Shown: piece by piece, positions 52,340 through 64,000 of the stretch
Numbering within the stretch: position 1 is the stretch's first letter
Layout: the number at the start of each line of letters is the position of its first letter
Source: Isurus oxyrinchus
Lineage: Eukaryota
Assembly (NCBI GenBank): GCA_026770705.1
Contig: JANJGN010000026.1
Span: 5,952,001 to 6,016,000, forward strand
Direction of reading: 5' to 3'
Length of the DNA stretch: 64,000 bases
Notes under the pieces: generated by a model
Seen by the model: the letters and a program-made list of their open reading frames with translations, nothing else
What the model was told of the DNA's origin: nothing
Database searches by the model: none
Position numbers and translations under genes: made by a program

Positions 52340-53150
52340 AAAGACTAATGGATGCTCGAAATTTGGGAAGGACAGGCAAAAGGGAAATATAGAGATCCGG
52401 CAGCGATGATAATAAAAGATGAGACATTACATTAGTGACAGGGGATCTTAGGTCAGACAAACAAGATGAAATATCAGTTTGGGTGGCACTAATAGACAAG
52501 CAAAGACCGAAACATTTAGTAAGTGTTGTTTATAGGCAACCAAATGATTTTAGGGCACTGTGAAAATCAGGAAATAAGAAATGCATGTAATAACGGTTAT
52601 GGAATTGTCATGGGAGATTCAAATCTTTATATTGACTTGGTTATCCCAATGAGGACAAATGATCAAGGTGATTTCCTGTAGTGAGTACGAGATGGTTTAC
52701 GAGAGCAGGGCGTTGAGGAAGCAATCAAGGAACAGGTGCAACTTTGTGCAATGAGAGAGGGATAATTAATAACTTTGTTGTAACAGAGCCATTAAGGAAG
52801 AGTGACCATTGCATGAAGTTTGTTCATTATTTTTTGACAACAATCATGTTCATTCTAAACCTAGAATCTTATTCAAATCATAGGAAACAGTCATAGTATT
52901 TGGGACACGTTCCCTGTGATGGATTAGGAAAGCACATTAAAAGGTAAATGACAGTGGGCATTCAATGGCTAGTATTTAAATAACTAATACATACTTTACA
53001 AAGCAAAACAATACCCAAAGGCGCAAAAAACCAAAACAAAATGTGAATCATCTGTGGCTAAAAGCGGAAGTTAATAATTGTATGAGATCAAAGGAAGGAT
53101 TTATACATCTGCTAAAAAAAAAGCAGCAAGCCCGAGGGTTGGGGGCTGAC
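52340..53150 (+). mobile_element. CR1 endonuclease-region fragment
   Basis: Decayed SVWVAL, VVYRQPN, IVMGDSN and LRKSDH motifs. Confidence 0.7.
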
Positions 53151-53399
53151 GTGAGCATAATAAATATCTGTAATTCTGTCACTTGGAATGGAATGTAACA
53201 CTTTCCAATCTCAATGAAATTCAATAAAATAAAAATGAATTTGTATATGTTTGTGCTGCCTTGTGCTACATGTTACCTTCACTATTTCCTCATCAGTTTC
53301 CATTACATTTGCCATGTTCGGGATTACTGGTGCTGGTAAAATGTTAACTGAACAGAAACATAACATAGGGCATTAATCTCTGAGAAACGGTCCATTGTA

Positions 53400-53830
53400 A
53401 AATATGAACAGATATATTCTCTACTGTAATTTTATTAGAATCATAGTGTAAAAGATTATAAATAGAGACAGTCTCCAGTGCAGTAACAACAGAGGCAGGA
53501 TCTAGTCTAATACTAACACACACATACCCTGGTATAGTAATAACTGAGACATGTTCCAGAGCGATATAAGCAGACATGGGGTATGGTTCACTAATAACTG
53601 AAACAGAGAGTTTTATAATATAAATATAGAAATGCTCTGATGTAGTAATAACTGATGCGGGGGCCGATCTGAAACAAAGATTTGATTAGCACAGTCATAA
53701 CTGTGGCGGAGCTTAGTGTAATACCACTGCAAATACCATTTTAAGTATCCAAAAATTTCACAGGTTTGAGCCAAACTAAAATTGCGACTTGAACTCATAG
53801 AGTCACAATTGAGGCAGGATCTGGTGTAAT
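53400..53830 (-). repeat. Inverted, more decayed copy of the 54-bp minisatellite
   Basis: Minus-strand translation LEHVSVITIPGYVCVSIRLDPASVVTALETVSIYN has the same 9-codon periodicity as 57-63 kb. Confidence 0.75.
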
Positions 53831-54374
53831 GCAAAGGGAACCAGTTGCTAGCGAAACATTTCTCTTCATTGCCCGTTTACAATTCTGCTAATAAATTATA
53901 CATATATATATATTCAAATCTATGATCACTGGGTATTGACGCAATTAGCAGAAGGAATTGGTTATCTCTGCTAATTCTCTCAAAACCTCTCATCATCTTA
54001 GAAACAGTGATGAGGTTATTGCTTAATCTTGTTTATCACAAACAGAATGCTCCTAATTTGTCCAATTTATCGTTTTACAAAAGGTGCTGATCTCTGTTAA
54101 CAAACTGATTACTCTCCACTGTACACGTTCTGAGACCTTAGCACACTTCTTAGGATCCGAAAATGATAGACTTGTGCCGCTCCGAAAGACAGCATTCCTC
54201 ACAACCTGTTCATAATGGCTGGAAATGATCTATCGAATCTATTGCCAGTTCCCAGCTTTTTCTCCAGAGCCCTTGAGGCTACATTACTTCAAGTGAACAT
54301 CCAAATATTTTTCAGCTGTGATGAGGGATTCGGTCTGGATCACCATTTCATGCAGTGAATCCGAAATAAAACGA

Positions 54375-54670
54375 AACACTCCTAAGGACAGATACAGGGC
54401 AGGTTAGGCACAGAGTAAAGCTGCCTCTTCATTGCCAAATTCAGGAGTGAGGGACAGAGTAAAGCTCTCTGTAAACTATCCAGACAAACACTCGCAGGAC
54501 ATGTATGGCACTGCATAGACATATGATTCGGTCGAAGCCTCCCACGGATGATACAACACTATGAGATTCAGAATAAAGATCCTTCTACAGTGTCCTATAT
54601 ATCACTCACAGGAAGGTATAAGAATGTTAATATGCAGAGTCGTGGTCCCTCTAGACTGTTATTACTCCCA
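54375..54670 (+). repeat. Degenerate ~65-bp tandem repeat
   Basis: Recurrent ACAGAGTAAAGCT..CTCT...ACT.TCC..CAAACACTC..AGGACA units. Confidence 0.6.
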
Positions 54671-56019
54671 TGTTGTTGAGTGCAACAGGCACATTTTAGA
54701 TTTAAGCTCCTTCTGTGAACAGCCATCTATTTGGTTAACAGTCAATGAATAGGGCTGGGAATAAACTTTGGTAAGATACTAACTTCATGTCATGAGTTAA
54801 ATACCATGACACATTAATGAGAGCCAAGGCACGACTGGGATAAGAGTGGAAGGGAGGCAGAGCGGGATAGAATGCAGGAAACTCCGCAAACACATTTTCA
54901 ATGCTGCTATATACAGGGATCAAAAGAGTCTTCGCCAGTTTTGAACAGAGATATCTTTATATTGTTATTCAAAATATCAATCATTACTGAAAACCTTAGT
55001 GTGATTTGCATTTCTCTCTGTTGACATTTCTATCTTCTGTTGGTGGGGAAACATCTATTGTATTTCTGTCGCTCAATATTCTATTCTGAGGCTTCTATTT
55101 CTGTGTTTATTTACATAAACGCCTCACTAGTTTCAAAGTGGTGTTCATGGCAGCAAAATCAGATCAACTGTCAATTGTTGATTATCTTCAGCTCAAAACA
55201 AGTTTATTTTAAAAATATTCACGAATGATATAAGACAGAAGTATAATTATCCGAAAACCAATAGGTAAAAATGTTATTTATTTTATACAAAAGAAGTAAT
55301 TTAAAAAAATGTCTCTGAAAGTTCTGCTGCTTAAATCATTTAAGCATTTTGAACAACCTGATACTGTGCTGAAAAAAATGTTAACACCTTTAACATACAC
55401 ATGTTTAAATAATGAACAGAGACATGACCTATAATCACATTAATCTCAGACTTTCAAATACATCACCATGTGTGTTTTGAAATGTTCACGTTTAGTAAAA
55501 ACTTTGTGTTTATATAGCACATTTCACCATGTCAGAATGTCCCAAATCATTTTGACTTCACTAATGTACCTTTTTTCGAATTATAATCACTTGTGTCATG
55601 TATGAAACACAGGAGGCAATTTGTGCACAGGAAGTTCCCACTAACAGAGATATGATAAAAGCCCAGATCACTTGCTTATTAATGATGTTAGTTGCGCGTT
55701 AAATTTTGGCCCAAGATGAAGGGGTAAACTGTCCTGCACTGTAAAATAGGGTCAGCGGAGATTGATGCTGTGTATTTCCAAATTTTCTGGCCTTATCTTA
55801 GATAGAGAGAATCCGTAATATTTTGCAAAGCTTTGAACGTTGTTCTTATTTGTTCTTTTGTTGTGAACGTCGAAAGCAAGGCCAACCTTAACTGTCCAAC
55901 CACAAGTACCCCTGAGAAAGTGGTGTGGAGCCGACATCTTGAAGAGTTGCAATTTCTGCCTTGCGCCTCTTATTTGACTTTCCAAGAAGTGCTTTGACCC
56001 AAACAAGTTGCCCTCTGGG

Positions 56020-56310
56020 CCATTCCAGCGGCCGTTAAGAGTCAACCACGTTGTTGTGGGGCTGGAGTCTTACGTAGGCCAGGCTGGTAAGGGTAAGACT
56101 TCCTCCCTGAATTACATTAGTGAGCCAGTTGGAACTGTACAGCAATTCGGTTGTTCGATTATTAATGCAATGAGTAATTTTATTCCAGTTTCGGTTTCAA
56201 TAAATTAATTGAACGTAAATCACGCCAGCAGCTGTCGTGGGATTATAAATCATGTCTCCGGAGCATTTGTGAAGTTCTCTGTATTACTAGCCCAGTCAAT
56301 GTACCTCTTT
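56020..56310 (-). mobile_element. SINE, same family as 9160-9520
   Basis: GTTAAGAGTCAACCACGTTGTTGTGGGGCTGGAGTC..GTAGGCCAGGCTGGTAAGG core. Confidence 0.7.
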
Positions 56311-56395
56311 GCTGCTGTTCCTGAAGACTCAGTTGACATTACCAAAGCCACATCTGAAGGAGCACCCTACTGGCCATGCCTCCAACCTGCAGTTG

Positions 56396-56500
56396 AGGCT
56401 CTGAGGAAGAGTCATACGGAATCGAAACGTTAACTCTGTTTCTCTCTCCTCAGACCCTGCCAGGCCTGCTGAGTCTTTACAACACTTTCTGCTTTTTGTT
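56396..56500 (+). mobile_element. Penelope terminal-repeat fragment with minimal hammerhead core
   Basis: CTGAGGA (56401-56407), AGAGTCATACGGAATC, GAAA (56424-56427), CGTTAACTC, then CTGCCAGGCCTGCTGAG. Confidence 0.7.
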
Positions 56501-57019
56501 CAGTAGTGGGTTACTGGCCAAGTATGAGAGCCACTAATGCACGAGATTGGACATTTTGCAGTTGCTCTTTTGAAATTATAGCATTTGGTTCTCTGTATCT
56601 AAACTTCAGGAGCAGACTCTAATCTTACACACATCAATTACGTTGCAAGGGATCAGTTGACCTCTAGCCCGATGTTTTAGCCTGACCCTTTTGTAACAGT
56701 GCATTGTATTTCCACTGGGCCAACATAACAGTGTCAGCGATTGCTAAATGATCATTTCGAAGAAACAATGCAGAAGGTTTCCTGGAACTTAAGTTTGCAC
56801 TGCACCTAACTATTTGCACAACGGGGATCTAGGATTGCTCTCCTCATCATCGAGAATTTTAGGACAGATCTACCAGTAATGGTCCAATGTGTGAGGGACT
56901 TTTTGTTTAATTAGGGAGAAGCTATTCCACTGGCAGGTGGATCAATGATGCAGATGTGTAGAGTAATTTGATATTAATTCACTGATTATATTGCACATTA
57001 TGATGTTTCTAATGATGTA

Positions 57020-60000
57020 ACACTAACCCTGTCTCTCTTTATATTGCACTAGGTTACTTATTAATTGTAAATTCGTTACACTCTGCCCCTTTCAAAATGT
57101 AGCAAAGCCCTGCAGCAATTGTTTCCACACTAGATTTATCCCTGGTTGATTTACACTTGGTACTATGTCAGTGGTTATCACTTTAGTCCCTCCCTCAGTT
57201 TTATTAAACTGGGCCCAGTATCAGTAATTCCTGTCCTGTCGCAGTTGATATTACTCTAGGCCATCTACCAATAATCACTGCACTAGACCCTGTCTTTGTT
57301 TATATGAATACAGACCTTGTATATGTAATCACTGTAATAGGCCATGTCTCAGTAGATATTAATCCATACATTGTATCAGTAACCACTGAAAGAGACCCTC
57401 TCTCAGTTCATATTAATGCAACCTTGTATTAGTAATCACTGTAACATACCTTATTTCAGATTATATCAATACATACATTGTAACAATTATCAATGTAATA
57501 AAACCTGCCTCAGTTGATATTAATCAATACCTTGTATCAAGAATCAAAGGAGTAGACCCTGTCACATTTTATGTTAATCTACACTATGTATCATTTATAA
57601 CTGTAACAGACCCTGTCTCAGTTTATTTTAATCAATACCATGCATCTGTAATAACCATAATAGACCCTTTCTCAGTTATATCAATACAAAAATTGTATTG
57701 GTAATTACTGTACTAGACACTGTTTCATTTTCCAGTAATCTGGTCGCTACATCAGTAATCACTGTACTGGAGCCTGTCTCAGATTATGTTAATCTAGACT
57801 CTGTATCAATAAGCACTGTAATAGAGCCTATCTCACTTGATATTAATCTATGCCTTGTATCTGTAAGTACTGCAATTGGCCCTTTCTTAGTTTGTATTAA
57901 TACCAATCTTGTATCAGTAATCACTTTAATAGACCCTTTCCAGTTTATCATAATCCATACCATGGAGCAGTAATCACTGTAATTGACCCTCTCTCCATTT
58001 TTATTAAACCAGATTCTGTATCAGCAATTATTGAAATTGACTGTGTCTCTGTTTATAATACTCACTATCAGTAATCACTGTATGAGGCCCAGTCTCAGTC
58101 TAAAATAGTCTAGGCCCTGTATCTGTAATCATTGTAACAGAAGCTGCTTTAAATTATATCAATCCAGACCCTGTATCAGAAGTCACTATAATACATGCTG
58201 TCTCAGTTTACACCAATCCAAACCTTTTATGACTAAATGCAATGATAGATGCTTTCCCTTTTAATACCAATCCATACCTTGTATCAGAAATCCACTGTAA
58301 GTCACCATGTCTCAGTTTATATTAATCTAGGCCCTGTATCAGGAATCACTGCAGGAGGCCCAGTCTCAGTTTATATTAAACTAGGCCCTGCATCAGTAAT
58401 CATTTACTGTACCAAGTCTCATTATATCAATTCAGACTGTGTATCATTAGTGGCTGTAATACACCCTGTCTCAGTTTATACCTGTCTAGACCATGCATCA
58501 ACAATCACTGTAATGGACCCTGCCTCAATTGATATTAATACACACCTTGTATCAGTAATCATTGAAAGGGACTCTGCCTCAGCTTACATTAATGCAGTCC
58601 TTATATGAGTAAAAACTGTAATAGACCCTGTCACAGTTTATATTAATCTTGGCCCTGTATCAGTAATCATTGTACAAGGCCCAATCTCAGATTACATTAA
58701 TCCAGGAACTATATCAGTAATGACTGTACTGGACCCAGTTTCAGATTTTATCAATCCAGAGCCTGTAGCAGGAGTCACTGTAATAAGCCCTGTGTCAGTT
58801 TACAGCAGTCTAGTGCTTGTATCAGCAAACACTGCAATAGACTCTGTCTCGGTTTGTATTATTCCATGCCTTACATCAGTAACTAATGTAATGGACCCTG
58901 CCTCAGTTGATATTAATCCATATGTTGTATCAGTAACCACTGAAGTAGACCCTGACTCAGTTTATATCAATCCATACATAGTAACTGTAATCAACTCTGT
59001 CTCAGTTGATATTAGTCAATACATTATACCATCAATCATTGTAGTAGACCCAGACTCAGTTTATATTAATACAGATCTTGTTTCGGTGATCACTATAACA
59101 GGCCCTGCCTCTGTTTATTTGAATCTATTGCATTTATCAGTAATCACTGCAATCGACCCTGTCTCCCTTTATATTAATACAGACATTGTATCCGTAACCA
59201 CTGAAAGAGAACATGTTTCCAAATATATTAATACAGATCTTGTATCATTAATCAATGTAAAATACTGTGTCTCTCTTTAAATCGAAACATACATCGTAAC
59301 AGTAATCAAGGTATCAGACCCTGTTTCTGTTGATATTAATCAATATATTGTACCAGTAATCACTGAAGTTTATATCAATCGAGGCCTTGTATTGATAATC
59401 ACTGTAATAGACCCTCTCTCTGCTCATGAAAGTCTAGACCATGTATCAGTAATAACTGTAACAGACCCTTTCAGTTTAGTTTAAACCGTACTCTGTATCA
59501 GTAATAACTATAGGCACTGTCTCAGTTGATATGAATCCAGACCTTGTATCAGTAATCTCTGTAATAATGTCTTTCCCATTTTCTGTTAATACAGACCCTG
59601 TATCAGTAATAACTGTAACAGACCTGCATCAGTTGATATGAATCCATCCCTTGTATTAGAAATCATTGTAATAGACTCTGTCTCAGTTTATATTAATCCA
59701 GACGTGTTGTTGTTAATTACTGTAATTCGCCCTGTCTCAGTTTATGTTAATCAAATACTTGTATCGGTATGCACTCTAATAAACACTGTCTCAGTTTACA
59801 TTAATACAGACCTTTTTTCAGTAATCACTGTAATGGACCATGTCTCAGTTTATGTCAATACAGACATTGTATTGGTAATTACTGTAATACGCCCAGTTTC
59901 AGTCATTTTTAACCTAGTTCATGTATCAATAATCATTTTGAGAGACCCTGTCTCCGTTTATGTTAATCTGGACGCTACATCAGTGATCAGTGTAATAGAT

Positions 60001-60305
60001 CCTGTCTCAGAGTATTTTTTTCTAGGCCCTGTATCAGCATTTACTATAATAGACGTTGTCCCAGTTTGTAGTAACTGAAGCACTGTATCTGTAATTACTA
60101 CATTAGGCCCTGACTCAGCTTATAATGCTTAGGGTGTGGTAAGCTATTACTGCATTCTTCTCTTTTTTAGTTAATACTGATCTCGTCCCTGGTTCTGTAA
60201 TCATTCCACGAGACACTACCTTCGTTCATATTAATATAGACGCTGAATCAGAATTCACTGCACCATGTTCTATCTCATTCTAACTTAATGTAGAGACTGT
60301 CTCCT
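57020..60305 (+). repeat. 54-bp minisatellite array built of two related 27-bp subunits
   Basis: Approximate consensus GACCCTGTCTCAGTTTATATTAATCCA + GACCTTGTATCAGTAATCACTGTAATA; produces the DPVSVYINP/DLVSVITVI ORFs. Confidence 0.95.
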
Positions 60306-60309
60306 TTTT

Positions 60310-62182
60310 CTTAGGCATTCCCTCATGATCGAGGATGACATGCTGCCATGAAACCTCTGTAGGTTCTGATCTGGCTGTTAAGCCCAATGCACGGTCTGCA
60401 GACAATGCTGAAGATGGTCGGACCAAGAACTTTACTTTAATGAACTCCTACAGTGATGTTCTGGAACTGAGATCATTGATCTCCAACAACGACAACCATT
60501 TTCCTCCGTGCTACATATGACACCAACCAATAGAGAGTTTTCTTTGTGCTGCTCATTGGCTTCAGTTTTGCTAAGACTCCTTGATGCCACACACCGTAAG
60601 ATGCTGCCGTGATCTCAAAGGCAATTGCTCCCAACTCACCTCTAGAGTTTAGCTCATTTGTCCATATTTGGACCAAGGCTGTAATGAGATCAGGAGCTGA
60701 GTGGTCATGATGGAACTTACCTGAAGGGCATTAGTCGACTTCAGCATTCCTGAATAATCTTCTTTTAGTTTGCTCGGCCACAAATTAGGGACCCCCATGA
60801 TTTGGCGGATATGTTCGAACTGTTCAGGAATGCTTTGAGCACATTCCTCGAGCACTTTTGTTGCCTCCTGCTGCGACAGAGTTTCTCGTGGAATAATTAA
60901 TTTCGGGGAATTGTATTAGGCAGTTGAACGATATGTTCCACCCAGCAGAGCCGGTATTGAGCGATGAGCGCCTCTCTGTTGGGCATGCTGGTTTGAGAGA
61001 GGACGCTGCTGTCTGACTGCATTTCCTCACATTGGATTTGTAGAACATTCTGACAGTACCGCTGCTGTTAATTCTCTGGAGCTTTGATGTGCCTGCTCTT
61101 CATTGTCCAGGTCTCTGGAACATTTAGGTGCACGGAGATCACTGCTGGCCAGTAAACCATGGCCTGAGATTTGTGTTTGGAATTCTAGTCCTCAAATACT
61201 CTGATCATCTTTCGGCGGAAGGCTAAGCTGTTGCGTTGAACTCACCGACGAATTTTGTTGTTCAATCCTGTCTTCGCCGAGAAGAGTCTCAGGAGATATG
61301 GAAGATGATCCACGTTTTCAGGGTCTTGCCAACGGGGGAGGTTTTGTGGGCTGGGAGTTGGTTAGAAGTGGGTCTCAGTTTTCTGGGTGTTTAATCAAAA
61401 GCCAATTTTTTTCATATCCTTCGAAGAAGGTGTGAGAAATGACCTGGAGCTTAGATTTCAGTCAGCATGTACGCAAGAGCCAAACGCATACTGAAGCTTA
61501 ATGAATGAGTTTGAGAGCTTTTGGTTTTGGATTGAAAGTGGTCTCGGTTTCCCCTCTGACCGTAGATTTTCCCCCGCCTGTGGGTAACCTGCTGGAGGTG
61601 AGGTGAACTATTACATTGAGAAAACAATGAGGAGAGGTTTGTTGCGATGACAGAAGCCTGTCTGTTACCATTTATCACTAAGATACCGTCTGTACTGGTT
61701 CCATTCATAAGATTCACGGATTGCAATCCTTCAAGGAATAAATGGAGGATGGTGACAATTTTCTGGCGGCAGCCGAATTTGACAAGGATGCTCCATAAGG
61801 CGTCAGCACTGGCAGAGGAAAAGGATTTTGCGATGCCGAGAATGTCTGTGTGCAGCGGTTGTTGCTGTTCCTTGTACTTCCCGTGGATTTGCCACACAGT
61901 TAACATCATGGTGCCTCTCGATGGGCGAATATCACACTCCGTCTCTGTAAAGAGCTCTGCGGTCACGGTTAGAGTGTGATTCAGGAGGATGCTTGCAATG
62001 ATCTCCCCTTTGGCAGGCAGCAAAGTGGCTCCTTTTTGGTCACTGCAATCAGGCTTGTCTTGAATCGACTCATGATCAGAGCACCCCGAGGTCCATTTCA
62101 CCCGGCCCAATATCAGTAATAACTGCATTTTCCCCCATCCCATGTTATATTCACTAAGGCTCTTAGTCAGTAATTTCTTCAC
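60310..62182 (-). mobile_element. RTE-clade LINE fragment inserted in the minisatellite, with a nested CR1-group piece (~60440-60718)
   Basis: GEIIASILLN..ETECDIRPSRGT..KYKEQQQPLH..AKSF..ALWSILVKFGCRQKIVTILHL..GNRQASVIA is a decayed RTE RT; nested AASYGVWHQGVLAKL matches the 29.9 kb LINE. Confidence 0.85.
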
Positions 62183-62900
62183 TAGGTACTGTCTCAGTTT
62201 AGGTTAATCTCAAAACAGCAACTGCACTTGGCCCTGTCCGAGTTTATGTCACGTTAGATCCTATATCAGTAATGACTGCAATTGCCCCGGTCCCAGTTTA
62301 TATTAACCAAAACTCTTAATCAATAATTCCTTCCCTCCGCACTCTCTCAGTTTAGATTTATCTAGGCACAGTATGAGTCATCACTGAAGCATGCACTTTC
62401 CCAGTTTATATCAATCGACATCCTGCATGAGTAATCACTGCACTTGACAATGCCTCAATGAATTTAAATGTATATCCTGTAACACAAATCACTGCCTCAG
62501 TTAATATTCACCAAGACTCTTAATCAGTAATCCCTTCACTGGGCCCTGCCATAGCTTATACCAATAGAGCTTTACATCGTCAATCACTTTTCTTGGCCCT
62601 GTCGCAGTTGATATTAATAAAACCCTGTATTATCAGCGACTGCACTTGACCCTGTCTCAATTTATATTGAGCAAACCCTGTATGAAGATACTATAGTGCA
62701 TATATTTTATACGCAATGGCTGCACTAGATTCTGTCTTATCACTGCATTAGATATTGTTACTGTTATTATTAGAGCTGAAGCTGCCTCACCTACTATTGC
62801 AAAAGTCTATATCTCTATTGCTATTAAATTAGCCCCTGTCTCATTTATCACCTTAGAGCCCAAGTCTATTAAAACTACACTAGGCTCTCCCTTGGTTAGA
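62183..62900 (+). repeat. Continuation of the 54-bp minisatellite
   Basis: CCCTGTC.CAGTTTATATT and CAGTAATCACTGCACTTG units resume after the RTE insertion. Confidence 0.88.
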
Positions 62901-62974
62901 CTGGTCAAAAATGCTGGCTTTGTTACATCACGCTAGGCCTCAGCTCATTTAAGACTACGTTAAACACCACCTTA

Positions 62975-63048
62975 TAGACAGACAGAGAGAGACAGATAGA
63001 TAGGTAGATAGATAGATAGATAAATAGATAGATAGATAGATAGATAGA
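62975..63048 (+). repeat. (GACA)/(GATA)n microsatellite
   Basis: Direct tetranucleotide runs. Confidence 0.95.
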
Positions 63049-64000
63049 TTGAGAGTGAGGGCGAAAGGCGAACAATTATTCACTCTGCTCATTGAAAAAC
63101 TGTGTTGTATTAAAGTTTACACATTCGCACTTGTCTTGTACTGTGCAAAGTTACCCCCTTCCTTGAAGCTTCACAGAACTCACTTAACCTCTCTCTCCCT
63201 ATCACTCTCTCTCTCTCTCACTCTCCATCTCTACCTCACCCGCCATCCCTTTCTTTCTCTGAGACACCAGCTCCCCTAATGGTCCTCTTTTTCTTTCCAA
63301 GACAGCAACTCACTCACTTAAAGTTTGTCCCGCAAAACATTGATTATTTAACCCCGCTCTCACACAGAGGCCATTTAATCTCTTAAACTCTCTACTCCCG
63401 CCCTCAGACAACATATGATTCATTTAAAACATTCTTTATCCAAATACTCATCCGGGAGGGATTTTTTATTTTTATTTTCTCTCATTTCTCCAATTGGTAA
63501 CCCTCACTCCACCTCGACGTTCAATCAATATGTTAAAACGAAAAGAAGCCCATACGTTTCTTTCTTTGACATGAGAAAGAAGTTGAATGCAATGTTAAAA
63601 GTAGGAACAATCTATGACGTGCTTCTTGATGCAGTCAGAGTGAGCCCACCCTCAGAAGCAGGAAGACTGTTCATGGTGATAACATGAAACTGACGCTTGC
63701 TGTTCCATTCTCAGGTAACACAACTTCCTGTTTCTCTGCTGCCGGTTCCTAACCGCACAACTAACTTCTGAGCACAGAAGTAAATCCAGGGGCCATAATC
63801 TGTTGGAAACATCTGTCAAGGCGGCCTATGTCTGGCCACAGAGTCAGTGCAGAGTCTCACATATCACAGTCTGGTGAGATTTACAAATAAAACCGCTGAG
63901 ATCTGGTTCGAGCTTCCATTCCAGGACATAGCTGGATGTGTCTTTGGATCAGTCACTGATTTTTCCCTGTTCTCTAACGCCGGGAAATGACCGTTTTCTC

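Noticed and set aside
57020-62900. CRISPR-like array or intact CDS
   Set aside because: Contiguous tandem units with no unique spacers in a eukaryotic context; ORFs are frameshifted by-products of a unit length divisible by three.
63865-63895. CACAGTC followed by ACAAATAAA as a 12-RSS of a D/J segment
   Set aside because: Spacer is 11 nt, the nonamer is weak, and there is no FGxG J motif or partner RSS.

Overview
AT-rich, repeat-dense vertebrate genomic DNA. The repeat families and gene types point to a cartilaginous fish (shark); this is inferred from recognition, not from a search. The first ~12 kb is a T-cell-receptor V-gene cluster (alpha/delta-type) on the minus strand. It holds one open V exon, two clear V pseudogenes with 23-spacer RSSs, one internally deleted V relic and several weaker V-like relics. 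Interleaved with and following it is a cluster of two-exon GPR139/GPR142-like class A GPCR genes: five exon-2 copies, all disrupted, and two exon-1 copies with a shared TATA-containing promoter. The remainder is decayed CR1, L2, RTE and Penelope retroelements, SINEs, a Harbinger-type Myb remnant, two tRNA pseudogenes, a large 54-bp (27+27) minisatellite with an inverted outlying copy, microsatellites and a 170-N gap. No complete intact protein-coding gene could be demonstrated. Repeat boundaries are approximate.
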